From Abditibacterium sp. (GTDB lineage Bacteria > Armatimonadota > Abditibacteriia > Abditibacteriales > Abditibacteriaceae), in assembly GCA_965199495.1 (NCBI GenBank), contig CBDASK010000003.1:2400001-2464000 (forward strand): DNA of 64,000 nt. Direction: 5' to 3'. Within the stretch, counting starts at the first letter, position 1; each line of letters opens with the position of its first letter. Both the position numbers and the translations under genes were made by a program. Below the pieces are notes generated by a model that ran no database searches, was not told the origin of the DNA, and saw only the letters and a program-made list of their open reading frames with translations. This document shows, in pieces, positions 39,132 to 48,524 of this stretch.

Positions 39132-40337
39132 TTAATTTTTGAGTTGTGTTGTGAGTTGTGTCGCGCGCCATTGCGAGGGCGTTTGGCCGAAAGTTTTCTT
39201 GAATTGAACCATCATATATTCGGAGTGTTCGTAGCCGGTGAGTTCGGCGATGCGAGCGAGCGGCAAATCGGTTTCGCGCAACAAGTTTTGCACGCGCTGG
39301 AGGCGCACGCGGCGAATTTCCTGTTGGGGCGAGCAACTGAGCAAACGCCGAAACGTGCGCTCCAAAGTTGAGCGCGACATCCGCACATGAGCCGCGACTT
39401 CTTCGACCGTGAGCGCGTCGCAGGCGCGCTCGCGGATGAAGTGGAGCGCGCGCGCAATCGCCGGATCGTTGACCGTCCAGATGTCGGACGATTGGCGCGT
39501 CACAACTTCGAGCGGCGCCAAATAAATCTGCGCGGGCGCCGTTTCCTTTGGCGGGGTTTGGGCGTTCATCAGGCGCGAGAGCAGGGCGGCGGCTTCGTAA
39601 CCGATCTGTTCGGAATTTGGCACCACGCTCGAAAGCGGCGGATCGCACAAATGGCACAGCAGTTCCGAATTATCCGCGCCCACAACCGCGACCTGTTCGG
39701 GCACAGCTACGCCCAATAATCGGCAGGTATCGAGCAGGTGTTGGCCGCGCAAATCGTTACAGGCCACGATGCCAACCGGAAAAGTCAGCGTTTGAAGCCA
39801 TGCCGACAAAAGCGCGCGTTCTTCGTGCCAGTTGCGATTATTTAAATTCCACGGCGACTCGAAAACGCCGTGCAACTCGGCGCTGGCGCCACGCGCTGTT
39901 TTCAGCGCTTTCAGCGCGCCCGCGTGGCGTCTCTGCGACCAAGACTCCTCGGCAAATCCGCAATTGGCGAAGCCGCAATAGGCGATGCGCTCGAAACCGC
40001 GTTCGAGCAGATGGCGCGTGGCCATCGCGCCGATGGCGTCCATATCGGAAGCCACGCGCGGCAACCCCAGAAACCCGTAACAATCGTTGAGGTCAACCAC
40101 CGCAAGCGGGCGCTTAATCAACTCCTCGGCTAACGCGGGGGTCATCAAGCGGCAAATAATGCCGTCGCCGTTCCAATCCAACAGCCACTTGGGCGAGTGC
40201 GCTTTGTGGTCGCGTTCGCTGAAGAACACCGACCATTGCTCATGGGCGTGCATATAGCGCGAGACGCCGCGCAAAATCTGGCGCCCGTAGACGCCCGAAG
40301 TTTCGATAATCAGCGCGACGTTAGCTCGTTTTTTCAT
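39132..40337 (-). CDS. XylR-type regulator, paralogue
   Basis: N-terminus MKKRANVALIIETSGVYGRQILRG identical to the 29428 gene; AraC HTH. Confidence 0.92.
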   Translation of the reverse strand: MKKRANVALIIETSGVYGRQILRGVSRYMHAHEQWSVFFSERDHKAHSPKWLLDWNGDGIICRLMTPALAEELIKRPLAVVDLNDCYGFLGLPRVASDMDAIGAMATRHLLERGFERIAYCGFANCGFAEESWSQRRHAGALKALKTARGASAELHGVFESPWNLNNRNWHEERALLSAWLQTLTFPVGIVACNDLRGQHLLDTCRLLGVAVPEQVAVVGADNSELLCHLCDPPLSSVVPNSEQIGYEAAALLSRLMNAQTPPKETAPAQIYLAPLEVVTRQSSDIWTVNDPAIARALHFIRERACDALTVEEVAAHVRMSRSTLERTFRRLLSCSPQQEIRRVRLQRVQNLLRETDLPLARIAELTGYEHSEYMMVQFKKTFGQTPSQWRATQLTTQLKN

Positions 40338-40383
40338 GCCGTGAGTTTAATCAGCATAAAATTTATTCGCACTTAAATCTCTG

Positions 40384-40737
40384 CTAAAACAGTTCACCCT
40401 GTGCCGGTGGCTCGTCCTCGAAGAACGCGAGTTCGATCAAATCGTTTTCAAAAATCACGCCTTCGTCTTCCAACCGTTTGCGTTGTTCCAGCGCTTTGTC
40501 CGGCCCGCGTTTGGAAATCGGCAACGCGCCAGTTTTGCCGACGACGCGCCACCACGGCACATCGTCCATCAATTGTCCCATCACGCGCCCGCAAATGTAA
40601 CCCGAAATCGGAGGCTCGCAGCGCGCGCCCAGCGCGCCATAAGAAATCACGCGACCGTTGGGAATTGCGCGCGTCAAACGCCGGATTTGCGCGCGCAGCT
40701 TTTCGGCTTCGTCGAAGTGTTCATCGAGAGTTGACAT
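40384..40737 (-). CDS. alkyltransferase-like (ATL/MGMT family) protein
   Basis: IPNGRVISYG, VPWWRVV (Trp in place of the catalytic Cys), QRKRLEDEGV. Confidence 0.85.
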   Translation of the reverse strand: MSTLDEHFDEAEKLRAQIRRLTRAIPNGRVISYGALGARCEPPISGYICGRVMGQLMDDVPWWRVVGKTGALPISKRGPDKALEQRKRLEDEGVIFENDLIELAFFEDEPPAQGELF

Positions 40738-40740
40738 GAT

Positions 40741-42624
40741 TTAATTTTTGCCCAACGACTCTTTCAACGATTGGCGAATCCGAATGTTGCGGCTGGCTTC
40801 GTGCGTTTCGTCCAATCGTTTGGCGTGCGCCGCCAGCAAATCGCCGCGCGTCAAAATGCCAGTCATGCGCGCAGTTTCGCCCGGCTCTATGACGACCAAA
40901 CGCCCGACACCAGCGCGCACCATGTGATCGGCGGCTTCGCGCAGAGTGCGGTCGCTCTCGATAATCACCGGCGCGCGCTTGATGAGTTCGCCGACTAATC
41001 GTTCGTCGGTCGCGCCGATTTCGAGAATATCGCGCCGCGTCACTACGCCGCAAACCACGCCGTTTTCGTTCGTCACCGGATAGCCCTGATGATGCGCCTG
41101 CGCGGCGCCCGAATGAAACCACGCGCGCACTTCGCGCAGTGTATCGCTCGATTTGAGCGTCACGACGGGCGACGTGGCTGCATCGCGCACGGCGACCTGC
41201 GCCAGATAATCCGCCGAGTATTCCGACGGCACGCGCACGCCGCGCCGCGCGATTTTTTCGGTCATAATCGTGTTTTCCATCAATAAAGACGAAACCAGAT
41301 ACGCCGCCGCGCAACCGCCCAACAGCGGCAACAGCCCCAGCGGTTGCAACGTCGTCTCGAACGCGAAAACTACCGAAGCCAGCAATGCGCGCGAGGCGCC
41401 CGCGAAAATCGCTGCCATGCCGACCAATCCCGCGATGCGCGGGTCAATGCCTACGCGCGGCAGCAATGCCGAGAAAGTCGCGCCGATGGAGGCGCCCAAC
41501 GCGCCGCCGACGGTGAAAAGCGGTGCCAGAGTGCCGCCCGAAGTGCCACTGCCCAGCGCGATAACCCACGACAAAAACTTGAGAATGCACAGCATTATCA
41601 GCGCGCGCCCGACCAGTTGGCCCGTCAGAATTTGCTCGATATTATCGTAGCCCACGCCCAGCGTATGCGGCGAAAAATAGCCGACGACGCCAACAGCCAC
41701 GCCGCCGATGGCGGGCCACCACATCCAGTGAATCGGCAACTTTTCAAACGCATCTTCGACGCCGTAAACCAACTTGGTAACGCCCACCGAAACCAATCCC
41801 ATAAACGCGCCCAAAATCACATAAAACGCCAGCGCCTCGCGGCTCGGTTGCGCCACGTTTGGCATCGCGAAAACCGCCGCGCTGCCCAGCGCCGCATAAC
41901 GCATCGCGGCGGCAGTTACGCTGGCGAGCGCAACGGGAATCAGCGAACGCGGGCGAAACTCGAACAATAATAGCTCAACTGCCAAAATCACGGCGGAAAC
42001 TGGGCTGCCGAAAATCGCCGACATACCCGCCGCCGCGCCCGCCGCCAACAGCGTTTTGCGCTCGTCTGCCGTCGTATGCAAAACCTGACCGACCAACGAA
42101 CCCAACGCGCCACCGGTCGCGATAATCGGCCCTTCGGCGCCAAACGGCCCACCGGTTCCAATGGCAATCGCCGACGAAACCGGCTTGAGAAACGTCAGGC
42201 GCGGCGGAATGCGGCTTTCGTTGAGTAAAACCTGCTCCATCGCTTCGGGAATGCCGTGCCCGCGAATCGCCTTGGAGCCATAACGCGCCATAAACCCGAC
42301 GATGACGCCGCCGATAACCGGAATTAGAATGACCCACAAACCCAGCTTATTTCCGGCGGGCGAAACCAAATTGGTCGAGAACTTCCCGTAAAACGCGAGA
42401 CCCGTCACGATGCCGATGAGCGCGACCAACAAACGCGCGATAAGCGCCGTTGCGACGCCCAGCGCAATCGCCAAACCGCTCATCAAAAGCACGCGGTTAT
42501 TGATTAACGGTTCGGGGCGCGGGGCGCCAACCGCGTCCAAGATCACTTCGAGCGAAGGAGCCACGGGCAACGCGCCGGTTTCTTCTAAAGCGCCAGAAAG
42601 CGGATTTCCATTGTGTTTATTCAT
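40741..42624 (-). CDS. ClC-family chloride channel/antiporter with two CBS domains
   Basis: GHGIPE, GGPFGAEGP, GTSGGTLAP, C-terminal CBS pair; the ORF extension upstream runs into a palindrome. Confidence 0.92.
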   Translation of the reverse strand: MNKHNGNPLSGALEETGALPVAPSLEVILDAVGAPRPEPLINNRVLLMSGLAIALGVATALIARLLVALIGIVTGLAFYGKFSTNLVSPAGNKLGLWVILIPVIGGVIVGFMARYGSKAIRGHGIPEAMEQVLLNESRIPPRLTFLKPVSSAIAIGTGGPFGAEGPIIATGGALGSLVGQVLHTTADERKTLLAAGAAAGMSAIFGSPVSAVILAVELLLFEFRPRSLIPVALASVTAAAMRYAALGSAAVFAMPNVAQPSREALAFYVILGAFMGLVSVGVTKLVYGVEDAFEKLPIHWMWWPAIGGVAVGVVGYFSPHTLGVGYDNIEQILTGQLVGRALIMLCILKFLSWVIALGSGTSGGTLAPLFTVGGALGASIGATFSALLPRVGIDPRIAGLVGMAAIFAGASRALLASVVFAFETTLQPLGLLPLLGGCAAAYLVSSLLMENTIMTEKIARRGVRVPSEYSADYLAQVAVRDAATSPVVTLKSSDTLREVRAWFHSGAAQAHHQGYPVTNENGVVCGVVTRRDILEIGATDERLVGELIKRAPVIIESDRTLREAADHMVRAGVGRLVVIEPGETARMTGILTRGDLLAAHAKRLDETHEASRNIRIRQSLKESLGKN

Positions 42625-42717
42625 CGGGGTTAAGCGAGTTTGTCGTAAAGTCCCGCTTATTTCAGGCATTTTTTTGACAGCGTTTTGTTGTGTGACCTTT
42701 TTCGTGATGCCCACCAT

Positions 42718-42854
42718 ATTGTCATTTTGAGCGCAGTGAGGGACGAACGAAGTCGAAGAATCCACAACGTATTGGTAGTGACGAAGGTGAACTCAACGCA
42801 CAATTTATGGATTCTTCGACTTCGTTCGTCCCTCACTGCGCTCAAAATGACAAT
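42718..42854. repeat. palindrome, GTCATTTTGAGCG...GAAGAATC family
   Basis: 47-bp perfect arms 42718-42764 and 42808-42854. Confidence 0.92.
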
Positions 42855-42893
42855 GCGAAATTAAAGCTCAAGTTCTTCCGCTATCCTTTCTTC

Positions 42894-43151
42894 ATGGGCG
42901 ACCTCAAATCCACGCGTTTAATAATATTCAAAGGTTTTCTGTTTCTCTTCTGCGGCGCCGTGGCTGCACTCACGCTGCTCGCCGAAAATTGGAATTGGCG
43001 CAACGCGTTACTTCTCGCCATCGCGATTTGGAGCTTTTGCCGGTTCTATTATTTCGCGTTTTACGTCATCGAACGCTATGTTGACGCGACTTATAACTTT
43101 TCGAGTTTGTGGTCGTTTATGATGTATTGGTTCAAAAAACGCGCGCAGTAA
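42894..43151 (+). CDS. small membrane hypothetical protein
   Basis: MGDLKSTRLIIFKGFLFL...WSFCRFYYFAFYVIERYVD; two hydrophobic helices. Confidence 0.7.
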   Translation: MGDLKSTRLIIFKGFLFLFCGAVAALTLLAENWNWRNALLLAIAIWSFCRFYYFAFYVIERYVDATYNFSSLWSFMMYWFKKRAQ

Positions 43152-43324
43152 TAGACAAATTAGGGTTCCCGGCGCGCGCTAAGCGCGTATAATGTTCCCG
43201 CACGTTCTTAATTTCGCCCCCTTTTATCAGGAAAATTCCCCCGCGAAATTCAGACTCGAATTTCACGTTGGTCTCGCATTGACCCATTTAGATTTGTCGG
43301 GTCAAGCGCGCTAAAAGACCAAAT

Positions 43325-44707
43325 ATGTCAGAAAAACTCAACACGACGGAAGAGTCCGTCCCATCGTCGCTCGCCGACACTCCCGAAATTTCGCAAAGCG
43401 AAATTAACGAAACCGAAGCTCCGCAGACAAACGAGCTTTCGTTTCACGACCTCCCGCTCGCGCCGCCGATTTTGAAAGCGCTCGACCGCGCCAAATTCAC
43501 CATTCCCACGCCGATTCAGGCGCAGGCGATTCCCATCATCACGTCGGGCAAAGATTTGATCGGCATTGCCCAGACCGGCACCGGCAAAACCCTGGCGTTT
43601 GGCCTGCCGATTTTGCAGCACTTCATCGAAAGCCGCACCGCCGGTCGCGCCTTGATTCTGTTGCCGACGCGCGAACTGGCTTTGCAGGTCGAAGAAGCGT
43701 TGCAGGGCATGGCCAAGCAATTCAAATTGCGTTCGGCGGTTTTGATCGGCGGCGCACCGATTCGCCAGCAGTGGGCGCAACTGCGCGCCAACCCCGACCT
43801 CATCGTAGCCACGCCGGGCCGCTTGATTGACCATCTCAAAAATGGCGCCGTTGATTTGCGCTCGGTTGATACGCTCGTCTTGGACGAAGCCGACCGCATG
43901 CTCGACATGGGTTTCGCGCCGCAGATCGACCAAATCGTCAAATCGGTGCCCAAAGAACGCCAGACATTATTGTTTTCGGCGACGATGCCCGAAGCCATCG
44001 AACGCATGGCGCAGGATTATATGCACAACCCGGAACGCGTCGAAATCGAGAAGGCGGGCACATCGGCGGAAAACATCACGCAGGAACTGTTCGTCGTGCC
44101 GCAGGAAGCCAAAAACGATTTGTTGTCACAGGTTTTGTATGACACGACCGGCCCGGTTCTGGTGTTTACGCGCACAAGGTCGCGCGCGCGCCGCGTCTGC
44201 AAAGAGGTCAACGGCTGGGACATCCGCGCCGCCGAAATCCACGCCGATAGAACATTGGTGCAGCGTCGCGCGGCTTTGGACGGCTTCAAGGCGGGCAAAT
44301 ATCGCGTTCTGATCGCGACCGACATCGCGGCGCGCGGCATTGACGTGAAGAACATCGAAGTCGTCGTCAACTACGATTTGCCCGATTCGGCGGACGATTA
44401 CATTCACCGCATCGGTCGCACCGCGCGCGCTGGCGCGAGCGGCAAAGCGATCTCGTTCGCCGCGCCCGACCAGGGCCGCGACGTGCGCGACATCGAACGC
44501 CTGATGCGCATGACGTTGCCGTTGGCGGAAGGCAACAAATACGAACTCGAAATGCCCAAAAGTTCGAGCGGCGGACGCAAACGCGGCCCCTCGCGCGGCG
44601 GCTCCGGCGGCGGCAATCGCCGCTCGTTCGGTGGCGGTGGCTCCGGCGGCCCACGCGGCGCAAGCGGTGGCGGCAATCGCGCCCGTCGCCCGGCGCGCGC
44701 GCGTTAG
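43325..44707 (+). CDS. DEAD-box RNA helicase (RhlE-like)
   Basis: PTPIQ, AQTGTGKT, PTRELA, DEAD, SAT, HRIGRTAR; Gly/Arg-rich tail. Confidence 0.96.
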   Translation: MSEKLNTTEESVPSSLADTPEISQSEINETEAPQTNELSFHDLPLAPPILKALDRAKFTIPTPIQAQAIPIITSGKDLIGIAQTGTGKTLAFGLPILQHFIESRTAGRALILLPTRELALQVEEALQGMAKQFKLRSAVLIGGAPIRQQWAQLRANPDLIVATPGRLIDHLKNGAVDLRSVDTLVLDEADRMLDMGFAPQIDQIVKSVPKERQTLLFSATMPEAIERMAQDYMHNPERVEIEKAGTSAENITQELFVVPQEAKNDLLSQVLYDTTGPVLVFTRTRSRARRVCKEVNGWDIRAAEIHADRTLVQRRAALDGFKAGKYRVLIATDIAARGIDVKNIEVVVNYDLPDSADDYIHRIGRTARAGASGKAISFAAPDQGRDVRDIERLMRMTLPLAEGNKYELEMPKSSSGGRKRGPSRGGSGGGNRRSFGGGGSGGPRGASGGGNRARRPARAR

Positions 44708-44721
44708 TTGTTGGTGCTTGC

Positions 44722-44766
44722 AAACAGAAAACTCCCGCGATGTTTTATCGCGGGAGTTTTCTGTTT
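44722..44766. terminator. bidirectional terminator
   Basis: AAACAGAAAACTCCCGCGAT...ATCGCGGGAGTTTTCTGTTT between convergent genes. Confidence 0.85.
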
Positions 44767-44772
44767 CTTACA

Positions 44773-44846
44773 GCGGGGTTGACGCCCTCTTCCAATCGGC
44801 GGACTTTTCTCCAAACTTAACAGATTGGAAGGAGGCGTCAGCTCCG
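44773..44846. repeat. degenerate GGGGCTGACGC-family palindrome
   Basis: GCGGGGTTGACGCCCTCTTCCAATC ... GATTGGAAGGAGGCGTCAGCTCCGC. Confidence 0.75.
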
Positions 44847-44858
44847 CCTCTGCTCCTC

Positions 44859-47800
44859 CTACGTCGCATTCTCAACTTTCGCCGCCTTCTTCTCTTTGCT
44901 CCGCACGCGCGCGAACCATTGTTGCGCGTCGTCCAACAGCGAATAAACGACCGGCGTGGCTAAGAGCGTCAGCAACAGCGAGAGCGTTTGGCCGCCGAAA
45001 ATCACCGTGCCAATCGCGCGGTTGGTGCCCGCGCCCGTTCCCGTCGAAATCACCAGAGGAATCATGCCCGCCACGAACGCGAGGGTCGTCATCAAAATTG
45101 GGCGCAGACGGTCGCGGTTGGCCTGGATAATCGCGTCGTGCCGGTTCATGCCGCGCTCGCGCAGTTGGTTGGTGTGGTCAACCTGCAAAATCGCGTTTTT
45201 CTTGACAACGCCAAACAATAAAAGCATGCCCAGCGCCGAATAAATGTTGAGCGATTGGCCGAATATCACAATCGAAAGTAACGCGAATGGCACCGTTAAA
45301 GGCAGCGAAACCAAAATCGTGATCGGGTGAATCCAGCTCTCGAACTGCGCGGCCAAAATCAGATACATGAAGACGACCGATAGGCCCAGCGCGAGCAAAA
45401 AGGCTTCGGTGGCTTTGGCCTGTTCGCGCGAACTGCCCGAAGGCGCGCCGACGTAGCCGGGCGGCAAGTTCAGGTTTTTGTAGGCGTCGTTCAGGCCTTT
45501 GATAATCGAATCCGACGATGCGCCGGGCGCGGTGTTAATCGAAACCGTGATGGCGCGCTGGCGGTCAACGCGATTGATTTGCGTCGGGCCGAGCGCGCGT
45601 TTGAAGCTGGCAACCTGATCTAAATTCGCGGTGCCGTTGAAGCTCGACGGCACGCTCCACAGCGAAATGCCGCCCGCATCGGCGCGATATTGCGAGGGGG
45701 CGCGCATGAAAACGTCGTATTGGTAGCCGCCGGTGATGTAAGTCGAAACCTTGTCGCCGCCCACGATAAAGCGTAGCGCCGTGGCGGCGTCGCTGACTTT
45801 CACACCCAGATCGGCGGCGGCGTCGCGGTTGATGACGGTTTGCAGTTCGGGATTGCCCTCGACGTAATCGGTGTCGGCATCGGCGGCGCCGGGCAACTTT
45901 TTGGCGGCCTCGATCATGCGGGCGGCGGCATCTTTCAAAACCGGCAAATCGGGGCCGGTCAAAACGTATTGCACGCCGCGCCCGCCACCGCTAAATCCGC
46001 GTAGTGCCTGGGGCGGCGAAACGCGCGTGCGCAGATTATCGGCTTTGAACTTGGGCAAAACCTTTTTGCGCACCAAGTCCATCACATCGTTTTGCGAAAC
46101 CTCGCGCGCGCCGATGTCTTTGAGGCCGACGAAAACCTCCGCCGAGTTGGTGCTCGATGCCCCATAACCATTGACAGACATCAGCGTGTAATCCACGCCC
46201 GGCAACTTCTGAATTTGCGCGGCCATGCGGTGCGCGATGGCGGTCGTCGCTTCCAAAGATGTGCCTTCGGGCGCGCGCGCCGAAACCGAAAAGTTCGATT
46301 CATCGTCTTCGGGCAAAAAGTTAAACGGCGCCATTTTGTAAAGCGTCGGAATGGCCGCCAGCGACAAAACGCACGCTGTGACGATCACCCAGCGATGCGC
46401 CATCGTCCATTCGAGCAAACGTGTGTAAGCCGCGTCAATCGCGCCGAAAAACTTGCCGCCGCTCGCGTGGCCATCGCTTTGTCCGGCGCCGTGGCTGCTT
46501 TGGCCACCACGCGGTTTTTCGTCCGGTTTACGCCCCAGCCAGCGCGCGCCCAGCGACGGCGCCAGCGTGAACGAAACCAGCAAACTCACCAGAATCGCGA
46601 AGCTCATGGTGATGCCGAACGAACTGAGTAAGCGTCCGGTCAAACCCTGCATGAACGCGACCGGCAAAAAGACGGCGATCAAACTTAAAGTCGTCGCCAA
46701 GACGGCCAGACCGATTTCGCGCGTGCCTTGAATGGCGGCTGCTTCGGCGTCCAATCCTTCGGCGTTCATCACGCGAAAGATGTTTTCGATGACCACAATC
46801 GCGTCGTCAATCACGATGCCAACCGCCAAAGTCAGCGCCAAAAGCGTGATAATATTGAGCGTGAAACCGAACGCCCACATCAAACCGAAAGTCGCGATAA
46901 TCGAGGCGGGAATCGAGAGCGCCGCGATAATGGTGGCGCGCCAGTTGAGCAGAAATATCAACACCACGAGAGTCGCCAGAATCGAACCGACAACCAGATG
47001 TTCTTCGACGGCGTCAACGGCGGCCTGAATATATTGCGATTGATCGCGCACGACTTGGGCTTTGTAATCGGCGGGGAAACTTTTTTCGGCTTCGCTCATG
47101 CGCGCTTTGATGGCGTTAATTGTCGTCAAAGTGTTGACGCCCGATTGCTTGCGAATATAAATCGAGACCGTCGGTTTGCCGTTCAATTCGGATGTGCGCG
47201 AAACCTCAGCCACGCCGTCTTCGACCTGCGCGACATCGCTCAATCGCACCGAGCCGCTCCCCGCGCCGTCATTTTTAACGATCAAACGCTCGAAGCCTTG
47301 CAATGAAGTGATGCGGCCTTGCGTGCGCAAAGTCAGAGTTTGCTTGCCGTTCTCGACATCGCCGCCGGGCACTTCCAGGTTGCCCGCCTGAATCGCCGCG
47401 ATCAAATCGTTGACGCTCAGGCCGTAGCCGCGCAGTTTGAACGGATCGGGAATGATGTTAATTTGCCGATCTTGCCCACCGCCGACGATGACTTCGCCCA
47501 CGCCATCGGCGCTTTCGATTTGCGGCTGCACGACTTTGGTCGCGTATTCGGTGAGTTGCTTGACACTGACCGGCGCCGACAGCGCGTAGCCGATGATGGG
47601 CGACGAGTTGGGGTCTTGCTTGCGCACGATGGGCGCATCAATTTCGTCGGGCAGCTGGCGCTGCGCCAAGTTGACTTTATCGCGCACTTCCTGCGTCGCC
47701 AAATCGGGGTCAACATCGAGATTGAACGAAACCGTGACGCGCGAACTGCCTTCGGTCGAAGTCGAACTCAACTCGTTGATGCCAGCGATAGTATTGACGT

Positions 47801-48011
47801 TCGATTCGATAATTTCGGTGATTTCGGTTTCGATGGCTTCGGGCGAAGCACCCGCATAACTGGTCGAAATGCTGATCGTCGGGTTTTCGACTTCGGGCAA
47901 GCGGTCAACGCCCAAACGGGTAAATCCAACGGTGCCGAACACGACCAACACCAAGATTAAGACGATAGCGAAAACGGGGCGCTTCACACAGACTTCGGCG
48001 AGCTTTTGCAT
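44859..48011 (-). CDS. RND efflux permease (AcrB/AcrD/AcrF family)
   Basis: GIVIDDAIVVIEN, KKNAILQVD, RLRPILMTT. Confidence 0.95.
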   Translation of the reverse strand: MQKLAEVCVKRPVFAIVLILVLVVFGTVGFTRLGVDRLPEVENPTISISTSYAGASPEAIETEITEIIESNVNTIAGINELSSTSTEGSSRVTVSFNLDVDPDLATQEVRDKVNLAQRQLPDEIDAPIVRKQDPNSSPIIGYALSAPVSVKQLTEYATKVVQPQIESADGVGEVIVGGGQDRQINIIPDPFKLRGYGLSVNDLIAAIQAGNLEVPGGDVENGKQTLTLRTQGRITSLQGFERLIVKNDGAGSGSVRLSDVAQVEDGVAEVSRTSELNGKPTVSIYIRKQSGVNTLTTINAIKARMSEAEKSFPADYKAQVVRDQSQYIQAAVDAVEEHLVVGSILATLVVLIFLLNWRATIIAALSIPASIIATFGLMWAFGFTLNIITLLALTLAVGIVIDDAIVVIENIFRVMNAEGLDAEAAAIQGTREIGLAVLATTLSLIAVFLPVAFMQGLTGRLLSSFGITMSFAILVSLLVSFTLAPSLGARWLGRKPDEKPRGGQSSHGAGQSDGHASGGKFFGAIDAAYTRLLEWTMAHRWVIVTACVLSLAAIPTLYKMAPFNFLPEDDESNFSVSARAPEGTSLEATTAIAHRMAAQIQKLPGVDYTLMSVNGYGASSTNSAEVFVGLKDIGAREVSQNDVMDLVRKKVLPKFKADNLRTRVSPPQALRGFSGGGRGVQYVLTGPDLPVLKDAAARMIEAAKKLPGAADADTDYVEGNPELQTVINRDAAADLGVKVSDAATALRFIVGGDKVSTYITGGYQYDVFMRAPSQYRADAGGISLWSVPSSFNGTANLDQVASFKRALGPTQINRVDRQRAITVSINTAPGASSDSIIKGLNDAYKNLNLPPGYVGAPSGSSREQAKATEAFLLALGLSVVFMYLILAAQFESWIHPITILVSLPLTVPFALLSIVIFGQSLNIYSALGMLLLFGVVKKNAILQVDHTNQLRERGMNRHDAIIQANRDRLRPILMTTLAFVAGMIPLVISTGTGAGTNRAIGTVIFGGQTLSLLLTLLATPVVYSLLDDAQQWFARVRSKEKKAAKVENAT

Positions 48012-48126
48012 AAGATGATGAGAAAGAGTTTAGGAAGTGATGTGCCATTTGGGGCGCGCGCGAGAAAACGTCACGTTAGGAAAACGCGAGTTACTTTGCG
48101 CTTGCCACAAAGCGAAGGCTGAGTGA

Positions 48127-48396
48127 GGGCGTCAGCCCCAGGGCAAACGCACACCAAATTGAGCGTGAATCGTAGGGTCACCGGCTTGCCGTGACCGCAA
48201 AGGTCAGTTGACTTTGTTGTTTGGCAAGAACTTGGACTTGACCAAAAGCCGTGACTTTGCGGTCACGGCAAGCCGGTGACCCTACGGTTCACGCTCAATT
48301 TGGTGTGCGTTTGCCGACGGCTCTGGCAGCCGCTTCTTCTTTTTTGCGAGGGTTCACGCTCAATTTGTAGTGCGTTTGCCCTGGGCGTCAGCCCCG
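48127..48396. mobile_element. REPIN-like composite, inverted copy of the 22144 element plus an extra arm
   Basis: core 48142-48315; additional arm 48351-48396; GCGTCAGCCCC at both ends. Confidence 0.82.
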
Positions 48397-48524
48397 CCTT
48401 TTAACTTCCGAAACATTCCGGTAACCCAAAGTTCACCCAAAAAACACGCGAAACCAAGGGTCTGCGAAACAAGCGCGCGCCAATCTATAAGACAAGACGC
48501 CGACACGCAGGCGCACTTGTTCTT

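Noticed and set aside
42625..42893. Two proteins sharing an identical 16-aa N-terminus
   Set aside because: Artefact of translating the two arms of a perfect palindrome.
48430..48524. ANTAR dual-hairpin leader
   Set aside because: No convincing pair of hexaloop hairpins or downstream terminator, and no NasT/NasR gene nearby.
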